DNA of 64,000 nt from Eledone cirrhosa (GCA_964016885.1 OZ024752.1:7378001-7442000), one strand, 5' to 3'; counted from the first letter of the stretch, positions 38,367-53,177 are shown. The notes: generated by a model from the letters alone, not told the origin. Numbers and translations are program-made.

Positions 38367-38429
38367 ATTTCATTATACATATTTCAGGGATACCAAATTA
38401 AATTATGGTATGCCTTCATCAGACAAAAT
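38367..38429 (-). ncRNA. minimal type I hammerhead ribozyme (left arm of inverted pair)
   Basis: Reverse-complement copy of 39060-39122. Confidence 0.75.
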
Positions 38430-39059
38430 ACAATATATAACAGTTTTACAAATAAGCTTTGACGTACCCTTTTAAAATGCAACCATTATTTTTGGAAGCC
38501 ATCCGGATAGTGAGTTGTTTATATTATTTTAATAAGTCATAGTGTTAAGGACAATTATAGTCATTATTAAACAATGTTTAATTTCTCATATTATATATTT
38601 ATGTCCCATTCATGAATATTAATATTTATATTTTTATTATTCATTTCATATGAATTGTTAACTCAACTTAATATGACATGACGTAAAGTTTTCATTATCT
38701 CCCCCTCTCTCTATATAATATTTCTCTCTCTTGAGTTTTTTCTATCTGTCTGATGACTTAATATCTCTCTGTTGCTTTCCTCTGTTTTTCTTCTTTCTTT
38801 CTTTTTTTTCTTTCTTTCCTCCTGTCTTTATTTATCTCTTTCTTTTTTCTCCATGCATTTCTCTCTCTCCGATATTTCTCCACGTTTTTTCTTTCTCTCT
38901 CTCCGTCTTTTTCTTTCTCTCCGTCTTTTTCTAATTGTCCTTAACACTATGACTTATTAAAATAATATAAACAACTCACTATCCGGATGGCTTCCAAAAA
39001 TAATGGTTGCATTTTAAAAGGGTACATCAAAGCTTATTTGTAAAACTGTTATATATTGT

Positions 39060-39122
39060 ATTTTGTCTGATGAAGGCATACCATAATTTAATTTGGTATC
39101 CCTGAAATATGTATAATGAAAT
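39060..39122 (+). ncRNA. minimal type I hammerhead ribozyme (right arm of inverted pair)
   Basis: AUUUUGU-CUGAUGA-[AGGCAUACCA/UGGUAUCCCU]-GAAA-UAUGUA-UA-AUGAAAU. Confidence 0.75.
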
Positions 39123-39332
39123 AAATATGGTTTTATAAATATAGTTTCCATTTATTAATATCGTATATATATATATATATGCTTTGACGTTACGGCCCTT
39201 GCCATTCTGAGTTCAAATCCCGCCGAGGTTAACTTTACCTTTCATCCTTACGGGGTCGATAAAATAAAGTACCAGTAACGTACTGGGTAATTGCTGGTCT
39301 TGTGCCAATAGTAGAAACAATTATATATTTAT

Positions 39333-39769
39333 ATCACCTTGATCACCTTGACCGACCAGTCTATCGGGCGTCCATTCGGCGCCGCTGGTCACAGCACGCC
39401 GCCCATTCCTCTCTGGGTCGTGCTTTCCTCATCCATGTAGTCCCAATCGTATTCCTAAAATCGTAACTCCACCTTCGTGGAGGCCTTCCGAGTGGTCGTT
39501 TCCGCTCGCGTGGGTCCACCGGTTATTGGTGAACCGAGCGACGTGTCCAGCCCATCTGAACTTGCTGCGCATATATTCCGTCGAATGGTGGTTGGTGGTG
39601 ATGAAATAGAGGAGGTGGAGGAATACGTCTACCTAGGACAAGAAATAAACATGCGCCGAGACATTGAGAGGGAGAACTCGCGGAGAGTAAGGGCCGGATG
39701 GAAGGCGTTCAACGGCATAAGGGATGTGCTCAAGGGGAGGTTGGACAAGACCTTCCGCGCCAGCCTCTT

Positions 39770-39772
<3 letters not shown>
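39333..39772. mobile_element. RTE LINE insertion with 5' inversion
   Basis: Minus 39333-39580 encodes KFRWAGHVAR..GRPPRRW with a (CAAGGTGAT)n tail. Plus 39585-39772 encodes IEEVEEYVYLGQ..RRVRAGWKAF. Confidence 0.75.
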
Positions 39773-39804
<32 letters not shown>

Positions 39805-41609
39805 AAGTAAAATAACGGAACAAAGGACTCGCGTATAATCCTGTAATTAAATGAGCTCAAAGGAAAGAGTTTTCCTGGGCACTTTAAAATACAATATATA
39901 GAGGGGAAAGACACAGAAGAGTGTGTTTTTCTTTACAGGAATTTAAACCACCAGCGTGAAGAGAATATAAGCTACTAGAGGCATAGGAAAAACATTAAAA
40001 TTAAAAGTATAAATTAAAATCAGAAACCAACCTCACCTAAGTCACACACGTACAAACTCACCAGGAGAATGTTTCGCCATTTAAGTGGGTTCCAATTCGG
40101 CCCTGTGGGTCATCAGCATGTGGAAGGCCGATATTGTCCGCACTACTAGAGACAACTTTAGTTCCCATTGTAGAGTGCTTTTAATCTATTGTAAAACTAT
40201 ATTCATTGAATAATCAATGAACCATATTAATCTTTGGTTACACACACACACACACACATATATATCTATATCTATATATATCTCTCTCTATATATATATA
40301 GTACCAGTCCAATACTGGGTCGTTCCTTCCTCTATATTTCTTTCTCACACTCTCTCTATCCTTCTCTGGAGGTAATCTACTATATTTAGACCTGGGGAGG
40401 GGGAGATGAGCTCCACCAGGTTTTAGAAATACTTTAGAAACACCATACGTCAATATGGCGCCTCTGTGACTCCCTCAAGAATTACGGGTCCATGCCATAC
40501 AATATAGAATCAGTTTAATACCCCTCCCCCCTACTTCACCTTTGCCGGCTTTGTTTTGTCTTAATTGTTTTAATAATTCATATAATTTGAAGGAAATATG
40601 CCGACATATGTCTCCGAATGTGTGTGTGGGGGCTGGGGTGGCTATCTAAAGATCTGTTGGGAAGTTATGATAGCAATAAACTGAAAATACGTCTGATTAG
40701 AGACACTAGTAAAGTGGGGGAAATATCTAAAGATCTGTTGGGACGTTATCACACTGATAAACTGAAATAGTCGTCTGGATATAGACACTAGGTAAAGCTA
40801 ACTAAAGATCTGTTGGGAAGTTATAGAGACAGACGGAAACAGTCGTCTGGTAGTGAAGCTTTTTGCTTCTTTGGCATTTTTTTCTGAATTATTGTAAAAC
40901 GAGGATTCGGCACAGCGATAAATGGTGGTTGCCTTGGAAACAAGACTTACAAATCGATATTTCTTGCTGCATCCTGTCTAGAATTTGTTGGTTAGGAACA
41001 GACGAGGGGGAGGGGGGCTGAGAAGAGGGAAATGAGTGTGTGTGTGTGTGAGAGATAGATGTATGTGTGTGTGTGTGTGTGAGATAGACAGATGTATGTG
41101 TGCATGTGTGCAATCGCAGATAGACAGACTGACAGATAGAGAGACAGACAGACAGACACAGACAGACACAGACAGACAGGTAGATGGAGAGATAGACAGA
41201 CTGACAGATAGAGAGACAGACAGACAGACAGACTGACATACAAACAGATAGATATATTTCTTTATTTGCCACAAGGGCGCACAAGAAAAGGGGACAATAC
41301 AAAGACATGCCGGGGATTTTACATACAGTCGTGTAAAAATATTGAAACAAACAATTACAACAATCGAAATCCCCAATAGGGGGGAGGCCCCACAAATGGG
41401 TTGTTTAATACCCCGTAGATAGAACAACCCTCAACTCCAGGAGCGTGTTGTGCAAGTGCTCCTTTCTTCCTTTTACTCTCTTCCTCAACCTACAGGCTTA
41501 TAAACAGAGAAGGCCCAATCACTCGGGCCATTTTCGCCACATTCACCCACCTTTCGGTAAATTTACTGGGGTACAGTGCCTCTCTCTCTCCACCCCGATT
41601 CTCCTTCTA

Positions 41610-42311
41610 AAGACAGACAGATAGATAGACTGACAGACAGACTGACTGACAGACTGACAGATAGACTGACAGAGAGATAGACTGACAGAGAGATAGACTG
41701 ACAGACTGACAGAGAGATAGACTGACAGATAGACAGACAGAGAGATAGACTGACAGACAGACTGACTGACAGACTGACAGATAGACTGACAGAGAGATAG
41801 ACTGACAGAGAGATAGACTGACAGACTGACAGAGAGATAGACTGACAGATAGACAGACAGAGAGATAGACTGACAGACAGACTGACTGACTGACAGACTG
41901 ACAGATAGACTGACAGAGAGATAGACTGACAGAGAGATAGACTGACAGATAGACTGACTGACAGACAGACTGACAGACTGACAGATAGACAGATAGAGAG
42001 ATAGACTGACAGAGAGATAGACTGACAGACAGACAGATAGACAGACAGAGAGACAGACAGAGAGATAGACTGACAGAGAGATAGACTGACAGACAGACAG
42101 ATAGACAGACAGAGAGATAGACTGACAGACAGACTGACTGACAGACAGACAGATAGACAGACAGAGAGATAGACTGACAGAGAGATAGACAGACAGAGAG
42201 ATAGACAGACAGAGAGATAGACTGACAGAGAGATAGACTGACAGACTGACAGAGAGATAGACTGACAGAGAGATAGACTGACAGAGAGATAGACTGACAG
42301 ACAGACTGACT

Positions 42312-42353
<42 letters not shown>

Positions 42354-43125
42354 GAGAGAGATCGACTGACAGACAGACAGACAGACAGATAGACAGACAG
42401 AGAGACAGACAGAGAGATCGACAGACAGACAGATAGACTGACAGAGAGATAGACTGACAGACAGACAGATAGACTGACAGAGAGATAGACAGAGAGATAG
42501 ACAGACAGACAGACAGACAGATAGACTGACAGAGAGACAGACAGACAGATAGACAGACAGACAGACAGACAGATAGACTGACAGAGAGACAGATAGAGAG
42601 ATAGACTGACAGAGAGATAGACTGACAGACAGACAGACAGAGAGATAGACTGACAGAGAGACAGACAGAGAGATCGACAGACAGACAGACAGATAGACTG
42701 ACAGAGAGATAGACTGACAGAGAGACAGACAGACAGACAGATAGACTGACAGAGAGATAGACTGACAGAGAGACAGATAGAGAGATAGACTGACAGAGAG
42801 ACAGACAGAGAGATAGACTGACAGAGAGATAGACTGACAGACAGACAGACAGAGAGATAGACTGACAGAGAGACAGACAGAGAGATCGACAGACAGACAG
42901 ACAGATAGACTGACAGAGAGATAGACTGACAGACAGACAGATAGACTGACAGAGAGATAGACTGACAGACAGACAGATAGACTGACAGAGAGATAGACAG
43001 ACAGACAGACAGATAGACTGACAGAGAGACAGACAGAGAGATAGACAGTCAGACAGACAGACAGATAGACTGACAGAGAAATAGACTGACAGAGAGATAG
43101 ACTGACAGACAGATAGACAGAGAGA
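41610..43125. repeat. compound (GACA/GACT/GATA/GAGA)n satellite
   Basis: 1.5 kb of tetranucleotide variants. Confidence 0.95.
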
Positions 43126-43277
43126 TATAGAGAAAAGGGCGGAAGAATTGTGAAAAAAGAGTAAAAGTGATGAACGAATGTGAAGGAGTGAGAAGATGAG
43201 AGAGGCTGGTGAAGGGGAGAGAATGGTGAAAGATGGGAGGTGGGAAGGGAGAGGAAGAGAGATAGAAGGAGGAACGG

Positions 43278-43359
<82 letters not shown>

Positions 43360-43360
43360 G

Positions 43361-43398
<38 letters not shown>

Positions 43399-43467
43399 AT
43401 TGGTAAATGAAAGGAAATAGAATGAAAATAGAGTTGGAATAATAGAGAAAGTGAAAGTAGGAAAACA

Positions 43468-44580
43468 GTTGGTGGTGGTGGTGGTGGTAGTGGTGACGGT
43501 ATTAGTGGTGGTGGTAGTAGTGGCGGTGGTGGTGGTGGTGGTAGTGGTGGCGGTGGTGGTGGTGGTGGTGTTGGTGGTGGTGGTGGTGGTGGTGGTAGTA
43601 GTGGCGGTGGTGGTGGTGGTGGTAGTGGTGGCGGTGGTGGTGGTGGTAGTGGTGGCGGTGGTGGTGGTGGTGGTAGTGGTGGTGTTGGTGGTGGTGTTGG
43701 TGGTGGTGGTGGTAGTAGTGGCGGTGGTGGTGATGGTGGTAGTGGTGGCGGTGGTGGTGGTGGTAGTGGTGGCGGTGGTGGTGGTGGTGGTGGTGGTGGT
43801 GGTAGTAGTGGCGGCGGTGGTGTTAGTAGTAGTGGTGGTGGTGGTGGTGGTGGTGGTGGAGGGGGGTCGTGGTACTGGTGGTGGTGCTGTTGGTGGTAGT
43901 AGTAGTAGTGGTGGCGGTGGTAGTGTTGGTGGTGGTGGTGGAGAGGGGTGGTGGTGGTGGTGGTGGTGGTGGTGTTGGTGTTGGTGGTGGAGGGGGGTCG
44001 TGGTGGTGGTGGTGGTGTTGGTGGTAGTAGTAGTAGTAGTGGTGGCGGTGGTGGTGGTGGTGTTGGTGGTAGTAGTAGTAGTGGTGGCGGTGGTGGTGTT
44101 GGTGGTAGTAGTAGTAGTAGTGGTGGCGGTGGTAGTGTTGGTGGTGGTGGTGGAGGGGGTTCGTGGTAGTGGTGGTAGTAGTAGTAGTGGTGGCGGTGGT
44201 AGTGTTGGTGGAGGGGGGTCGTGGTAGTGGTGGTGGTGGTGTTGGTGGTAGTAGTAGTAGTGGTGGCGGTGGTGGTGTTGGTGGTAGTGGTAGTAGCAGT
44301 GGTGGTGGTGGTGGTTGTGGTGGAGGGGCGTCGTGGTAGTGGTGGTGGTGGTGGTGGTGGTGGTGTTGGTGGTAGTAGTAGTAGCAGTGGTGGTGTTGGT
44401 GGTAGTGGTAGTAGCAGTGGTGGTGTTGGTGGTAGTGGTAGTAGTAGTGGTGGTGTTGGTGGTGGTGGTGGAGGGGCGTCGTGGTAGTGGTAGTAGCAGT
44501 GGTGGTGGTGGTGGTAGTGGTAGTAGCAGTGGTGGTGTTGGTGGTAGTGGTAGTAGCAGTGGTGGTGGTGGTGGTGGTAG
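43468..44580. repeat. (GGT)n-type trinucleotide tract
   Basis: 1.1 kb of GGT/AGT/GGC variants. Confidence 0.95.
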
Positions 44581-44695
44581 AAACAGAAAGGAGAGAGAGA
44601 GGAGAAGTGGTAGGATGAGGGTGAGGGGGTATGAAAATTCAAATAGAAGGGGAGTGGTTGTATAAATATAGGCGTACCATTGGAAGTTTGTGGTT

Positions 44696-44744
<49 letters not shown>

Positions 44745-44775
44745 AGACATACATAATATATATATATATACACAC

Positions 44776-44807
<32 letters not shown>

Positions 44808-44844
44808 ATATATAATATATATATATATATATATTATAGTGAGG

Positions 44845-44946
44845 TGTAGTAAGAGAGTGTCGCGGGCGTGTGTGATTGGAAGCGCAGAAGTTGGAAGTGT
44901 TGTCAGCTTGCAGGTCGCAGAGAATTGAGGAAACGGTAAAGACAAG
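44845..44946 (+). promoter_or_regulatory. beta-tubulin proximal promoter / 5' UTR with inverted CCAAT box
   Basis: ATTGG at 44875-44879 and a CpG-containing CGCGGGCG patch, ~70-90 nt upstream of the ATG. Confidence 0.45.
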
Positions 44947-45003
44947 ATGAGAGAAATCGTACATGTACAAGCCGGCCAGTGTGGGAATCAAATTGGTGCC
45001 AAA
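44947..45003 (+). CDS. TUBB: beta-tubulin exon 1 (MREIVHVQAGQCGNQIGAK)
   Basis: Canonical beta-tubulin N-terminus with the MREI autoregulation motif. A GT donor follows codon 19, the conserved intron position. Confidence 0.95.
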
Positions 45004-45633
45004 GTAGGTACTTTCTTTCTCTTAGTACCCAACAAACCACCTACCCGATTATTACTGCTTTTGCTTGTTATCTATCTATGTATGTATGTATGTATGTATG
45101 TATGTATGTATGTATGTATGTATGTATGTATGAATGTTCTTCTTTTTGGTAAATATCATCTTGGTTAAGAGAGTGGGACTGGCTTTGTGCAGTGCCTTTG
45201 TTCACGGCACAGGCATTGCTTTATATCTGCGGATCTCTCTGCACTTGTCGTCACATGGTACCATGGGCCCAGCACTATGTGTCAATAATTGTCACAGGTG
45301 TAGTGTTTGTACCAGAGTTTTCAAGTCGCTGGCTGGACTAAAAAGTCACACTCGTTGAACGTATCGGTAGGGGTTCTCCTACATGGATATAAAGTAGTGG
45401 CCGTACTCGAAAACGAGTTGGCAGCCACCATGTATGTATGTATGTATGTATGTATGTATGTATGTATGTATGTATGTATGTATGTATGTATGTATGTTAT
45501 GTATATATATATATATGTATGTATGTATGTATGTTTATAAATATCTGTGTATATATACAGGTAAAATTCCGTTATAACGAATTTTTCAGTATAACGAATT
45601 TTATTTTAGTCTCTGAATTTCATTATAACGAAA

Positions 45634-45720
<87 letters not shown>

Positions 45721-46045
45721 TTATATGTATGTATATGTATGTATATCAGTATGTATATGTATATATATGCATATGTATATATATATATATAATATATATG
45801 CATATGTATATGTATATATATGTATATATATATATATATGTGTGTGTGTGTATTATATATATATGTGTGAGTATTATATATATATAAGTGTGTGTGTGTG
45901 TGTATGAAGCCTTCGTGGTAGGTGACCAGCAAGACCACTGACCAGAAGAGTGGTCAATGCATGTTTTAGTCCAGAGTTAGTTCCTGGTCCTAGTGGTCAA
46001 CCGTTGTAGCTACCGGCTGGCCATTGGGGGTTTACTGATTACAAT

Positions 46046-47437
46046 ATCACCACCACCACCATCACCACCACCATCACCATCACCATCACCACCACCATCA
46101 CCACCACCATCACACCACCACCACCAACATCATCACCACCACCACCACCACCATCATCACCACCATAGCCATCACCACCACCACCACCATCACCACCACC
46201 ATAGCCATCACCACCACCATCACCATCACCACCACCATCATCACCACCACCACCAACATCATCACCACCACCACCACCACCATCATCACCACCATAGCCA
46301 TCACCACCACCATCACCATCACCACCACCATCACACCACCACCACCAACATCATCACCACCACCACCACCACCACCACCACCATCACCATCACCACCACC
46401 ATCACACCACCACCACCAACATCATCACCACCACCATCACCATCATCACCACCATCAGCACCCCCACCACCACCACCATCACCACCACACCACCACCACC
46501 AACATCATCACCACCACCATCACCATCATCACCACCATCAGCACCTCCACCACCACCACCAACATCACCACTATTACCACCATCACCATCACTACCAACC
46601 ACCACCATCATCACCACCACCACCACCACCACCATCACCATCATCACCACCACCACCACCACCAACCATCACCACCATCACCACCACCACACCACTACCA
46701 CCACCACCAACCATCACCACCACCACCACCATCACCATCAGCACCCCCACCATCACCACCACCACCACCACCATCACCACCATCATCACCACTATTACCA
46801 CCATCACCACCACCACACCACCACCACCAACATCATCACCACCACCATCACCATCATCACCACCATCAGCACCTCCACCATCACCATCACTACCAACCAC
46901 CACCATCATCACCATCACCACCACCACCACCATCACCATCATCACCACCATCAGCACCTCCACCATCACCATCACTACCAACCACCACCATCATCACCAT
47001 CACCACCACCAACCATCATCACCATCATCACCACCACCACCACCATCATCACCACCACCACCACCATCATCACCACCACCACCATCATCACCACCACCAC
47101 CAGCACCATCACCACCACCACCATCATCATCACCATCACCACCATCATCATCACCATCACCACCACCACCATCACAACCAACATCACCACCACCACGACC
47201 ACCACCACCACCACTACCACCATCATCATCACCACCACCACCATCATTATCACCACCACCACCACCACGACGACCACCACCACCACCACCACCACCACCA
47301 TCACCACCACGACGACCACCACCATCACCACCACCACCATCACCACCATCACCAACATCACCACCACCATCACCACCACGACGACCACCACCACCACCAC
47401 CACCACCATCACCACCACCACCATCATCATCACCAAC
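46046..47437. repeat. (ACC/ATC)n trinucleotide tract
   Basis: 1.4 kb of CAC/CAT variants. Confidence 0.95.
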
Positions 47438-47829
47438 AAATTGTTGTCGTTATTAGTTTGTGGTCTGAGTTCAAATCCCGCCGAGGTTAACTTTGCCTTT
47501 CATCCTTCCGGGGTCGATAAAATAAAGTACCAGTAATACACTGGAGTAATTGCTGGCCTTGTGCCAAAAGTAGAAATAATTATTAGTTTTTATATTAAGG
47601 GCGGTGGATTGGCAGTATCGGCAGAAGGTCGGACGCCATGCTTTGCAGAATAGAGTCACGGCCCTTTACGGTCTCGGTTCAAATCCCGTCGAAGGTAGCT
47701 TTGCCTTTCATCCTTACTGGGTCGATAAAATAAAGTACCAGTAATACACTGGAGTGATTGCTGGCCTTGTGTCAAAAGTAGAAATAATTATTAGTGCTTA
47801 TATTAATATTAATGATAAAAAATAATACA

Positions 47830-48003
47830 CAGGTAAAATTCCGTTATAACGAATACCATTATAACGAATTTTTCAGTATAACGAACTTTTTTTGAATCTC
47901 CGGCCACACGCTTGATGTGTTAGGTCGATATTGCTATGAAGAATTTTTCGTTACAACGAATTTTTTTATACCTCGTGAATTTTGTTATAACGGAATTTCA
48001 CTG
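47830..48003. mobile_element. pogo/Tigger-like MITE
   Basis: TIR CAG(G)TAAAATTCCGTTATAAC. Copies at 45558-45632, 51283-51453 and 52899-53040. Confidence 0.75.
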
Positions 48004-48437
48004 TATATATATAAGGATTTTTGTGTTAATTAATAAAAACTCATGATAAGATAAAAAAATACATTTTATGAAATGAGGCCCCGTGAAGGTAGGTGGGCCC
48101 TGAACATGTTTAACTTATAGGTAAGTAAGTCTCATTGCTTACAGAGGGAGAAGGAGAAGAAATTCAATGATAGATCGATATTTGTAAAGATAAAATAACT
48201 TAGTTGATACTATATTGGTTTAATAATCCATGAATAATTAATTGAAACATACTCTCGGTGTTTCGTTGGGGCAAGATACTATATTTTTCAGGTTATTTGG
48301 AGAAGAAAGGTGGGCAACAAAACCTCTGAGAATTTTAACTAATTAACATATTTTTAGGTTCAGCTATTTTTTAAAGCCTACTTTTATATTTACTTGAACA
48401 TTAAACTCCACCTTACAATGAGAGAGCCTCTACGTGG

Positions 48438-49362
48438 TAATAATTTGACCTGCTAGAAATAGCAGTAATATCTCTCTCAGATCATCTTTAATAATTCGAT
48501 CTGCTAGAAATAGCAGTGAAATCTCCCTCAAATAATATTTAATAATTTGACCTGCTAGAAATAGCAGTAATATCTCTCTCAGATCATCTTTAATAATTCG
48601 ATCTGCTAGAAATAGCAGTGAAATCTCCCTCAAATAATATTTAATAATTTGACCTGCTAGAAATAGCAGTAATATCTCTCTCAGATCATCATTAATAATT
48701 CGATCTGCTAGAAATAGCAGTGAAATCTCCCTCAAATAATATTTAATAATTTGACCTGCTAGAAATAGCAGTAATATCTCTCTCAAATAATTGTTTCTAC
48801 TTTTGGCACAAGGCCAGCAATTATCCCAGTGTAATACTGGTACATCTCTCTCAAATAATATTTGATAATTTCATCTGCTAGAAATAGCAGTGATATCTCT
48901 CTCAAATCATCTCTATTTGACCTACTAGAAATAGTAAAATCTCCCTCAAATCATCTTTAACAATTTGACCTGCTAGAAATAGCAGTGATATCTCTCTTAG
49001 ATCATCGTTAATAATTTCTCTCTCAAATAATGGTTTCTTATATAGGCACAAGGCCAGCAATTTAGGGAGGAGAAAGTCGATTAAATCGACTCCAATGCGT
49101 GACTGGTACTTTATTTTATCGACCCCGTAAGGATGAAAGGCAAAGTTAACCTCATTTAACAATTTGATCTGCTAGAAATAGCAGTGATATCTCCCTCAAA
49201 TCATCTGTAACTATTTGATCTGCTAGAAATAGCAGTGAAATCTCCCTCAAATCATCTGTAACTATTTGATCTGCTAGAAATAGCAGTGATATCTCCCTCA
49301 AATCATCTGTAACTATTTGATCTGCTAGAAATAGCAGTAAAATCTCCCTCAAATCATCTTTA
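48438..49362. repeat. ~50-bp tandem repeat interleaved with SINE tails
   Basis: Repeated ttgacctgctagaaatagcagtaatatctctctcaaat units. Confidence 0.85.
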
Positions 49363-50275
49363 AACAACACAATAAAGAAGGACTCGCTCAAGGCTGTGAC
49401 ATCACCAACTCGCTCAAACATCACCAACTTACCTTACACTTCGGTTCTGTCTGAAATGTTAGACGGTTCTTCTCCATCAAACCATTAAATATATTTCGTT
49501 GTTTAAAATATTTTATCTTTTGCCAATGAAGTTTTATAAGATTTTATTGTTTTATTTCATTAAACTTATTTTATTGTAAACGGCTTCACGTACACAATAC
49601 ATATATACATATATATATACACATACATACACACATATATACATACATACACGCACATATATATACATACATGCATACATAGATATATACATACATAATA
49701 GATACATACATATATACATACATACATACACACACGCACATATATACATACATGCATACATACATACATAATAGATACATACATACACACATATACACAT
49801 ACATACATACATACACACATATACACATACATACACATATATACATACATACATACATACACACACATATATACATACATGCATACATACATACATAATA
49901 GATACATACATACACACATATACACATACATACATACATACACACATATACACATACATACACATATATACATACATACATACATACACACACATATATA
50001 CATACATGCATACATACATACATAAAACATACACACATACATACATTCATGCGTACACACACACATGCATGATACATACATACATACATGCATACATGCA
50101 TACATACGACACACACACAAACTCATATATATATATATGAGTTATGTGTATACATATATAAATAAATATATATATATATACATATATGTATACACATAAC
50201 TCTCACCCACACACATACATATATATTTATACATATGTATGTGTATATATATGTATATATATGTGTGTGGGTATA

Positions 50276-50306
<31 letters not shown>

Positions 50307-50602
50307 GATATATATGTATATATATATATACATACACACAATGTATATATGGATTACATGCATTCCAGTTGTATGTGTGTGTATGTATGTGTGTATGTAT
50401 ATATGTATGTATATATGTATGTATGTATGTGTATATGTATGTATGTGTGTTTGTCAGTGGTTGTATTTATGGGTGTGTGTATTAGTGTATGTGTGAGTGT
50501 GTAAGTGTGTTTGTATCTGTGTCAGTGGGTGTTTTATACGCAAACATGACTAATTGACAGGGCGGTGGTTGACATCATTTATTAGCCATATATAGACAAT
50601 CA

Positions 50603-50700
<98 letters not shown>

Positions 50701-50838
50701 TATATTTATATATATATATATATATATATTTAATATCATTGAATATTTACTCCGGGAATTTGTTGAGTGCTCTAAATGTGCTCTAAATTTATATTTGTCG
50801 GACTTCCAACAAATTAAATACCCCTTCTACTTATATAT

Positions 50839-50883
<45 letters not shown>

Positions 50884-51183
50884 GGAACGAGTAGGACCCC
50901 GACGGCTGAGCTCAAGCCGTTTCGACGGCTAATTCTGGACTCAATTAGCCGTCGAAACGGCTTGAGCTCAGCCGTCGGGGTCCTACTCGTTCCTATTACC
51001 CACTCTACTACCCTAAGTATTGAGTACTTTGGTGCGTTATGGTCCATCTGGTTCCTTACCACATTTCCTTCGTTATATATATATATAGACAGTTCCCCAA
51101 AAATGTATACATATTTCAATAGAATTCTAATAAATATTGCCTGTACAGGTAATCAAAGTGTGTATACATTTTTTGGAGCACCT

Positions 51184-51270
<87 letters not shown>

Positions 51271-51450
51271 AAATATGTATATAAATTCCGCTATAACGAA
51301 ATTCACGGGGTACAAAAAAAAATTTATTGTAACGAAATATTCTTTATAACGAGATCGACCTAACACAACGAGCGTGTGGTCGAGGATTGAAAAATATTTC
51401 GTTATACTGAAAAATTTGTTATAATGGTTTTCGTTATAACGGAATTTTAC

Positions 51451-51557
<107 letters not shown>

Positions 51558-53123
51558 ATACTAAAAGGTAGTTGTGTGTGTGAGAGAGAGTAGATTTTCA
51601 GATGATCGTGTATGGGGTGAGGTGGTGAGGTGGTTAGGTGGTGTACCTGCTAATCGATATCGGTAGATGCCAGGTAGCTAATATTATCGGCACCATTAAA
51701 AATGGTAAAGCCTTGATAGTAGCCGAGATGGAATACTTTCTCCTAGGATTTGCACTCACAACATTCACATTCACAAAAGACAGATTTGAAAATTAAAAAA
51801 AAACATCTTTAAAAACTAAAAAAAATACAAATGAAAATAAAAATCTCCGAGTCCAGTTATTAAAATACGTCTTCTGCATGTAAAAACAACAGTAAAGTGT
51901 TCATGTTGCCATGTTTGACGTGATCAAGTTAATATTATATGTTGACTGCGTTAGATATCCTAAATCTAAGATTACTAAAATGTTTGTAGCTGGGTTTTGT
52001 CACTCATTGCCTTCCAACGAATGCAAATGTCCTGTAGATAATTTATATACATTTATCTAGATTTGTATGAGTGTAAAATGTCGGCTCATTAGCATATTGG
52101 GCGTACCTGACCGGCTAGAATGAATTAGCAGTAGCACTAACATGGCGTGGTTCACAATAGAAGTACATCATGCATATATGATATAATTGTTTCTACTTTT
52201 GGCACAAGGCCAGCAATTATCTCAGTACATTACTGGTACTTTATTTTATCGACTCCGTAAGGATGAAAGGTAAAAGTAACTCTATGATGCAAAGCATGTT
52301 GTCCGGCGCTCTACCGATTCTGCCAATCCACCGCTTGACAATAATAATAATAATAATAATAATAATAATTGTTTCTACTTTAGGCACAAGTCCAGCAATT
52401 ATCTCAGTGCATTACTGGTACTTTATTTTATCGACCCCGTAAGGATGGAAATGCAAAGTTAAACTCGGCGGGATTTGAATTCAGACCGTAAAGGGCCGTA
52501 GCTCTATGCTGAAAAGCATGACGTCTGACGTAGAATAGTCTGGCTATGAATATTTGAAGCTGTGATGATGATGTCACCGCCTATAAGGAGGGGGGGGGGC
52601 AGCCAGTACTTTGTTCCGGGCCCAAGAGCTAAGAAGGTCCTAGGTCCTACAGCAACCATACAACACCCATTTTGAGAAATATCTTTGCCTGCTTCGGGGC
52701 CCCAAAGGGGTCTCCTTGCAAGATTTCTCTTGGATGTCCTAATGTTCATGTCACAGCTATCTCAGTAGCCGTGTAAGAATGTCAGACACATGTTCCTGGA
52801 TTTTAATCGTCATTGAGTCACATTTACTCACGAGGTACTGAGACAAACATGAGCTATAGCTTATATGCCTTTTGCATGTGTGCGTATATATGTGTATACA
52901 AGTAAAATTCCGTTATAACGAATATCATTATAACGAATTTTTCAGTATAACGAAATATTTTTCAATCCCCGGCCACACGCCTGATCACGTTATAAAGAAT
53001 TTTTCGTTACAACGAATTTCGTTATAGCGGAATTTCACTGTATATATAATTAGAATTTCGAGTAAAACACTCAATAATCCCCTATAATCGAACACATATA
53101 ATTATGTGTATTTCTCTCCTTAC

Positions 53124-53177
<54 letters not shown>

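Larger units (their letters stand above)
38321..39168. mobile_element. head-to-head Penelope-like pseudo-LTR pair
   Basis: Near-identical ~237-bp inverted arms 38321-38557 and 38932-39168, each with a hammerhead. The right arm ends in (TA)n. Confidence 0.7.

Noticed and set aside
41563-44991. 1142-aa and 1112-aa ORFs
   Set aside because: These are translations of (GACA)n, (GA)n and (GGT)n tracts, with no domain content.
45993-47456. 487-aa Pro/His/Thr-rich ORF (extensin-like)
   Set aside because: It is the (ACC)n microsatellite, open in several frames, inside the tubulin intron.
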